Source: the human T2T-CHM13v2.0 reference genome, Homo sapiens. From it: a stretch of DNA of 64,000 nucleotides. Below, one piece after another: positions 58,521 to 64,000 of this stretch (the stretch's first letter is position 1; each line of letters opens with the position of its first letter). The notes under the pieces were generated by a model, which worked only from the letters and a program-made list of their open reading frames with translations, was not told where the DNA came from and did not search any database. The position numbers and the translations under genes were made by a program. The DNA lies in assembly GCF_009914755.1 (NCBI RefSeq), contig NC_060927.1. One strand, given 5' to 3'.

Positions 58521-59649
58521 TCAAGGATTTGGATATGTGTTTGTGACTAGGTGAAACTAGTAAGTCATGTTCACCTGGAGGGTCATTTATGGGGTCTGGA
58601 TGCACTCTGGGAAGAGACAGGCTTTGCTGTGGACACATCTAGGAAGATCACTCATGCAGGGTGCTCCAGATCCCAAAGAGGCCATAGAGCATGTGCTGTT
58701 TTTGAGTCCACAGGGTTGTATTATTTTCCAAAAGCTAATAGTAATGTGATTTATTTTCATGTAAGTGAGGAGTAAGGAATGTAAAAAATTGAACAAATCT
58801 AAATCATTCATGGCCTCTTCTAAGTCAGAAAAATTAGTTTTTCAGATGCTGTCTACTGTTTAGTTTTTTTTTCCATTGATGATCTTGAGTATGAATGCTA
58901 GTTAATCCTAAGACATTACACTGTGATAAAATTTATGTTATTTCTACTTATAAATTCTATTTAGCTAGTTTGTTCCAATGAATTATTAATTAAAATGATA
59001 TATAAGTAGTAATATGGCTTTAAAAGTGATTAAAATATACATTACCAAGAAATTAATCATTTGAAAATTACTATATCAGACGTTCTTAAGAAACTTGGGA
59101 CAGATTCGCAATCAGTACAGTGTTCTTTCTTATTTCCCCTGAAAAATGGGAAAATTAAGCTAAATATCTGGTACACGGAAAAGATCTGACATTACCATTA
59201 CCCAGAGGTTTCTGGGAATGGTAGGGCAGCATCCAGCAACAGCAGCCTGGAGGGTGGAGAACACACAAATATTTAGGGGGAGGACAGGATGCTGGCACTA
59301 GGGAGCCTCAGAATAAGCAGCAAGCCGTTAAATCTCAGGCTTGAAAAACGGTGCCTTTTGATGAGCCATGCTCTGACCGAGAAATATCTTTCCTCTTTTA
59401 AAATGTAGAGTTTCATGTCTGATGAGCAAATTTGCATGTATGTACTCAGAAGCCAGAAGGAAATATGGAAACACTCAATATACTACTAAACTTCTTTGAT
59501 TACCACAGCTCTTCTTGAGATTTTTAAAGTGATATAGTCCAAACCTAGGATGAAGTTGTTTTTTCTGCCACCTGTATATAAATGTTTTATAAGGCAAATT
59601 AACAGTGCAAAAATTTCAGATAGAAATTTCATATTGAAATCATTGTTTT

Positions 59650-61253
59650 CTTCTTTTTTTAATTTTACTTTCTGTTCCAGGACACATGTGCAGAATATGC
59701 AGGTTTCTTACACAGGTATACATGTGCCATGGTGGTTTGCTGCACCTATCAACCCATCATCTAAGTTTTATGCCCTGCATACATTAGGTATTTGTCCTAA
59801 TGTTCTCCCTTCCCTTGTCCCCCACCCCCGACAGGCCCCAGTATGTGTTCTTCCCCTCCCTGTGTCCATGTGTTCTGATTATTCAGCTCCCACTTATGAG
59901 TGAAAACATGTGGTGTTTGGTTTTCTGTTCCTGTGTTAGTTTGCTGAGGATGATGGCTTCCAGCTTCATCCATGTCCCTGCAAAGGACATGATCTCACCC
60001 TTTTTTATGACTGCATAGTATTCCATGGTATATATGTACCACATTTTCTTTATCCAGTCTATCACTGATGGGCATTTGGGTTGGTTCTATGTCTTTGCTA
60101 TTGTAAATTGTGTTGAAATAAACATACATGTGCATGTGTCTTTATAGTAGAATTATTTATATTCCTTTGGGTATATACCCAGTAATGGAATTGCTGAGTC
60201 AAATGGTATTTCTGGTTCTAGATCCTTGAGGAATCCCCACACTGTCTTCCACAATGGTTGAACTAGTTTACATTCCCACCAACAGTGTAAAAGCATTTCT
60301 ATTTCTCCACAGCCTCACCAGCATCTATTGTTTCTTGACTTTTTAATACTTGCAATTCTGACTGGTATGGGATGGTATCCCACTGCGGTTTTGATTTGCA
60401 TTTCTCTAGTGATCAGTGATGATGAGCTTTTTTTCATGCTGCATAAATGTCTTTTTTAAAGAAGTTTCTGTTTATATCCTTTGCCCACTTTTTGATGGGG
60501 TTGTTTGGTGTTTTCTTCTTGTAAATTTGTTTAAGTTCCTTGTAGATTCTGGATATTAGACCTTTGTCAGATGGATAGATTGCAAAAATTTTCTCCCATT
60601 CTGTAGGTTGCTTATTCACTCTGATGATAGTTTCTTTTGCTGTGCAGAAGCTCTTCAGTTTAATTAGATCCCATTTGTCAATTTTGGTTTTTGTTGCAAT
60701 TGCTTTTGGTATTCTAGTCATGAAGACTTTCCCCACGGTCTATGTCCTGAATGGTATTGCCTAGGTTTTCTTCTAGGGTTTTTATGGTTTGGGGTTTTAC
60801 ATTTAAGTCTTTAATCCATCTCAAGTTAATTTTTGTATAAGGTATAAGGAAAGGGCCCAGTTTCTGTTTTCTTCTTATGGCTAGCCAGTTTTCCCAGCAC
60901 TATTTACTAAATAGGGAATCCTTTCTCCATTGCTTGTTTTTGTCAGGTTTGTCAAAGATCAAATGGTTGTAGATGTGTGGTGTTATTTCTGAGGTCTCCA
61001 TTCTGTTCCATTGGTCTATATGTCTGTTTTGGTACCAGTACCAGGCTGTTTTTGTTACTGTAGCCTTGTAGTATAGTTTGAATTCAAGTAGCATGATGCC
61101 TCCAGCTTTGTTCTTTTTGCTTAGGATTGTCTTGGCTATATGGGCTCTTTTTTTGGTTCCATGTGAAACTTAAAGTAGTTTTTTTCTAAATCTGTGAAGA
61201 ATGTCAATGGTAGTTTGATGAGAATAGCACTGAATCTATAAATTACTTTGGGC
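59650..61253 (-). mobile_element. 5'-truncated L1PA8/L1PA8A-like element
   Basis: Antisense L1PA 3'UTR and ORF2 C-terminus (ORFs 59883-60065, 60434-60736, 60900-61094); no clear TSD seen. Confidence 0.9.
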
Positions 61254-62880
61254 TGCATAAGTTTCAAAAACATCAGAAACAGTCATTTATATAAAAGCAG
61301 TGGTATGTTAAGTACATTTGCATGTTGCTAATCTGAAGGATAAACTCTCCAAAACAAGCACATATGTAGCCAAGAATCCAGAAGCAAACATGACAACAAT
61401 CTTCCCATTCTTCAGCACTCAGATTAAACCCCACCTCCTCCGAGAAGCTGCACACCTTGCTCCCAGGGAGTTGTTGGCTCATGCAGACACAGTACTGGGC
61501 ACTCATTTGGAGATGATGTTCATTTCTGAATCCCTCACCCCCACCCCCTTGATCTGAGAGCTCTCAGAGAGCAGGAACCATGTCTTTTATCTCTTTGTTG
61601 AAGCATGTCCTCCTGCCATGAAGAAGGAGCCAATAATTGCAAGAAGAGAAGAGGGGGGAGGAAGAGAAAGGGGAAAAGAGGATGAGGCAGGAGAAGATGG
61701 AGGAAATTAAATAAAGAAGGACAGAAAAATCTTCTAAAAGGAAAAGTAGAACCACCCCAGATTATCATTTTTATATGACAACAAAGTACTACATTATGAA
61801 AAATTATGTGCTAATGTAAAGAGTGATAGAAGAGAGCAGAGACAACCAGCAAAAGACCTCTATGAAGCATGTGCTGTTTTCTCTGTGCTCCAGTAATTTA
61901 ACACAGCAGCCCAGAGCCACTAGGGGCAAACAAACCATACGGGGACAAGACTGAGTAGTTGCTGGATATAAAATACAGGGTAAAGTGGGAGCTTGGTCAG
62001 AGATGAAAAGCATGGGAACCGAGTTATAATACTTAGATCTGGCATTCAAGGACTTGCTTAAGGAGGACTGGGGCCAGAATCCTAACTGGGGCCAAGTGAA
62101 TGGCACCGGTCGACAGGCTTAAAGAAGGGCAGGAGCAACAAGACAAGGTCATTATATTTACTCTTACCTTCTATTAATCTTCAATTATTTCCATTTTTGC
62201 TCAACTAATTTTCTGGAAATATCAGTAAGGCCTAGAATGGTAATACAGCCAGTATATCTAAAGATGGGAGGCAAAGTGTCACCAGTTGGGTTCTCTAGAA
62301 GCAGACACTTGAGATGGAGTTTGAGTTTCCAAGATTTATTGGGATTCCAAGGGAGGACGTAGGATTGAACAGAGGGAGAAGTCAAACTGCAGCACATCCC
62401 TGACAAAACCTTAGCCAATGTGAAGGGGAGCTCTGGAGGAAATATTGTTGATCATAATTGTTCATGTCAGGTCAAAGTGGCCAAGCTTCTATACCCCTGT
62501 CTTGCTCTGTCACCATATGCAGCCTATCCTATAAAGGTATGACCTCAGAAAACTTGGCTCTCTATAGATGAGCCCAACCCTTCAGGAGTTGATGGCAGGA
62601 AGTTTATGCTGACCACCTCACAACTGAAAGGGAAACTGAGTGGTGCATCTCTGTATTATTCATAGTCCACCCTTTGCACTGCTCAAATCCACTTCTCATA
62701 TGCATTTAGGGAACATCTATTCAAGGATTCTATTGGGTCTCTCTACTTAAATGGAAGTTCATTAGAGAGTCTCATGGGATGAATTGTGTCCACCCAAAAT
62801 TCATATGTTGAAGCTTTAAACCCCAATACCTCAGAAAATAACCATATATTTCTAGATAAGTTCTTTAAAGAGGCAAGTAA

Positions 62881-63063
<183 letters not shown>

Positions 63064-63253
63064 AATTTGGACACAGACATGCATGTTCACAGAGGAAAGA
63101 CTATATGAGAACACAGCAAGAAGGTGACAATCTGCAAACCAAGAAGAGAGACCTCAGAAAAAAGCAAACATACTGACACCTTGATCTGGGACCTCTAGCC
63201 TACAGAAAAGTAAGAAAATAAATTTCTATTGTTTAGGCACCCAGTCTGTGGGA

Positions 63254-63593
63254 CAGTCATCCCTCCATATCTGCAGGTTCCATATCCCTGGTTCCACACC
63301 GTAGATTCAACCAATCACGAATCGAAGATATTTGGGGGAAAAAATAAAATATAAAATAACACAACTATTAAAAGTAATACAAATAAAAACAATACAACAA
63401 CTATTTACATAGAATATACATTGTATTAGGTACTATAAGGAGTCTAGAGATGATTTAAAGTATACAAGAGAATGTGCATAGGTTATATGCAAATATTGCG
63501 CCATTTTATATAAGGAATTTGAGCATCCACAGATGTTGGTATCCTTGGTTCTTCCTAAAACTAATCTCCTGGGTTTGGTTTCAGGGATGACTG
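63254..63593. mobile_element. MER2 (Tigger-derived MITE)
   Basis: Terminal inverted repeats cagtcatccct / agggatgactg followed by TA; MER2 core gtattaggta...ctagagatgatttaaagtatac...ggttatatgcaaata. Confidence 0.9.
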
Positions 63594-64000
63594 TATTTTG
63601 TTATGGCAGGCCAAGTAAACTAATATAGACGGAGATAGTAGGATGAACTACAGCCCTGCCACTGCGGTTGGTCTCAGGACCACAGTGGATCCTCACTGTC
63701 TCCCTCCTCCACTTTCTATTCTAGATTCTTCTCATCTTCAGCTAGCACCTCTGCAGGTTTCAGTGGCTTCCTCTGGTGGATTGACCAAGACACTCATGCT
63801 CAAGTCCCTCAAGCCACTGGTTACCATACCCTTCCCAGGTTGGGCTTACTCTTCCTGTTCACTTTCAGTCACAATTGGTCAAGGGAGCACCAAAAGGAAC
63901 CCAAGTGAATCAGCTGAGTTTCATGTAATGTCCTCTCTGATTACGTTAGTAACAACAGGCTACATCCTCTTGGTAATCAGGAAGTCACCATGCCAAGACA

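Noticed and set aside
59640-61290. TSD or transduction for the last L1PA8-like element
   Set aside because: No convincing duplicated flank found by eye.

Overview
Gene-poor, retroelement-dense primate genomic DNA, almost certainly human: it carries an L1Hs pre-Ta 3' end and an AluYd8-type element. I can support no intact protein-coding or RNA gene. The long ORFs in the track are decayed LINE-1 ORF1/ORF2, a MaLR internal ORF, Alu or simple-repeat artefacts, or pieces of a near-full-length processed HSPA8 (Hsc70) pseudogene (4865-7132, 16-bp TSD). The first ~43 kb is a stack of nested insertions. It includes a THE1 element truncated against an older L1, a twin-primed (5'-inverted) L1PA7-like element, an L1PA15/16 host containing a full-length L1PA4/5 (which holds the AluYd8) plus the pre-Ta L1Hs stub, and a full-length L1PA8. 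The most informative observations are two apparent L1 3' transductions (38084-38405 and 47509-47921), two young possibly polymorphic insertions, and an old 86-bp dispersed duplication at a MaLR breakpoint. Also notable are templated-repair scars (20-bp perfect hairpin; 30-bp duplication with snap-back filler) and two motif-dense unique segments that look like developmental enhancers (~45 kb, ~58.3 kb). I found no evidence for a wholly new biological system. Subfamily names come from remembered diagnostic motifs, not from a database search.
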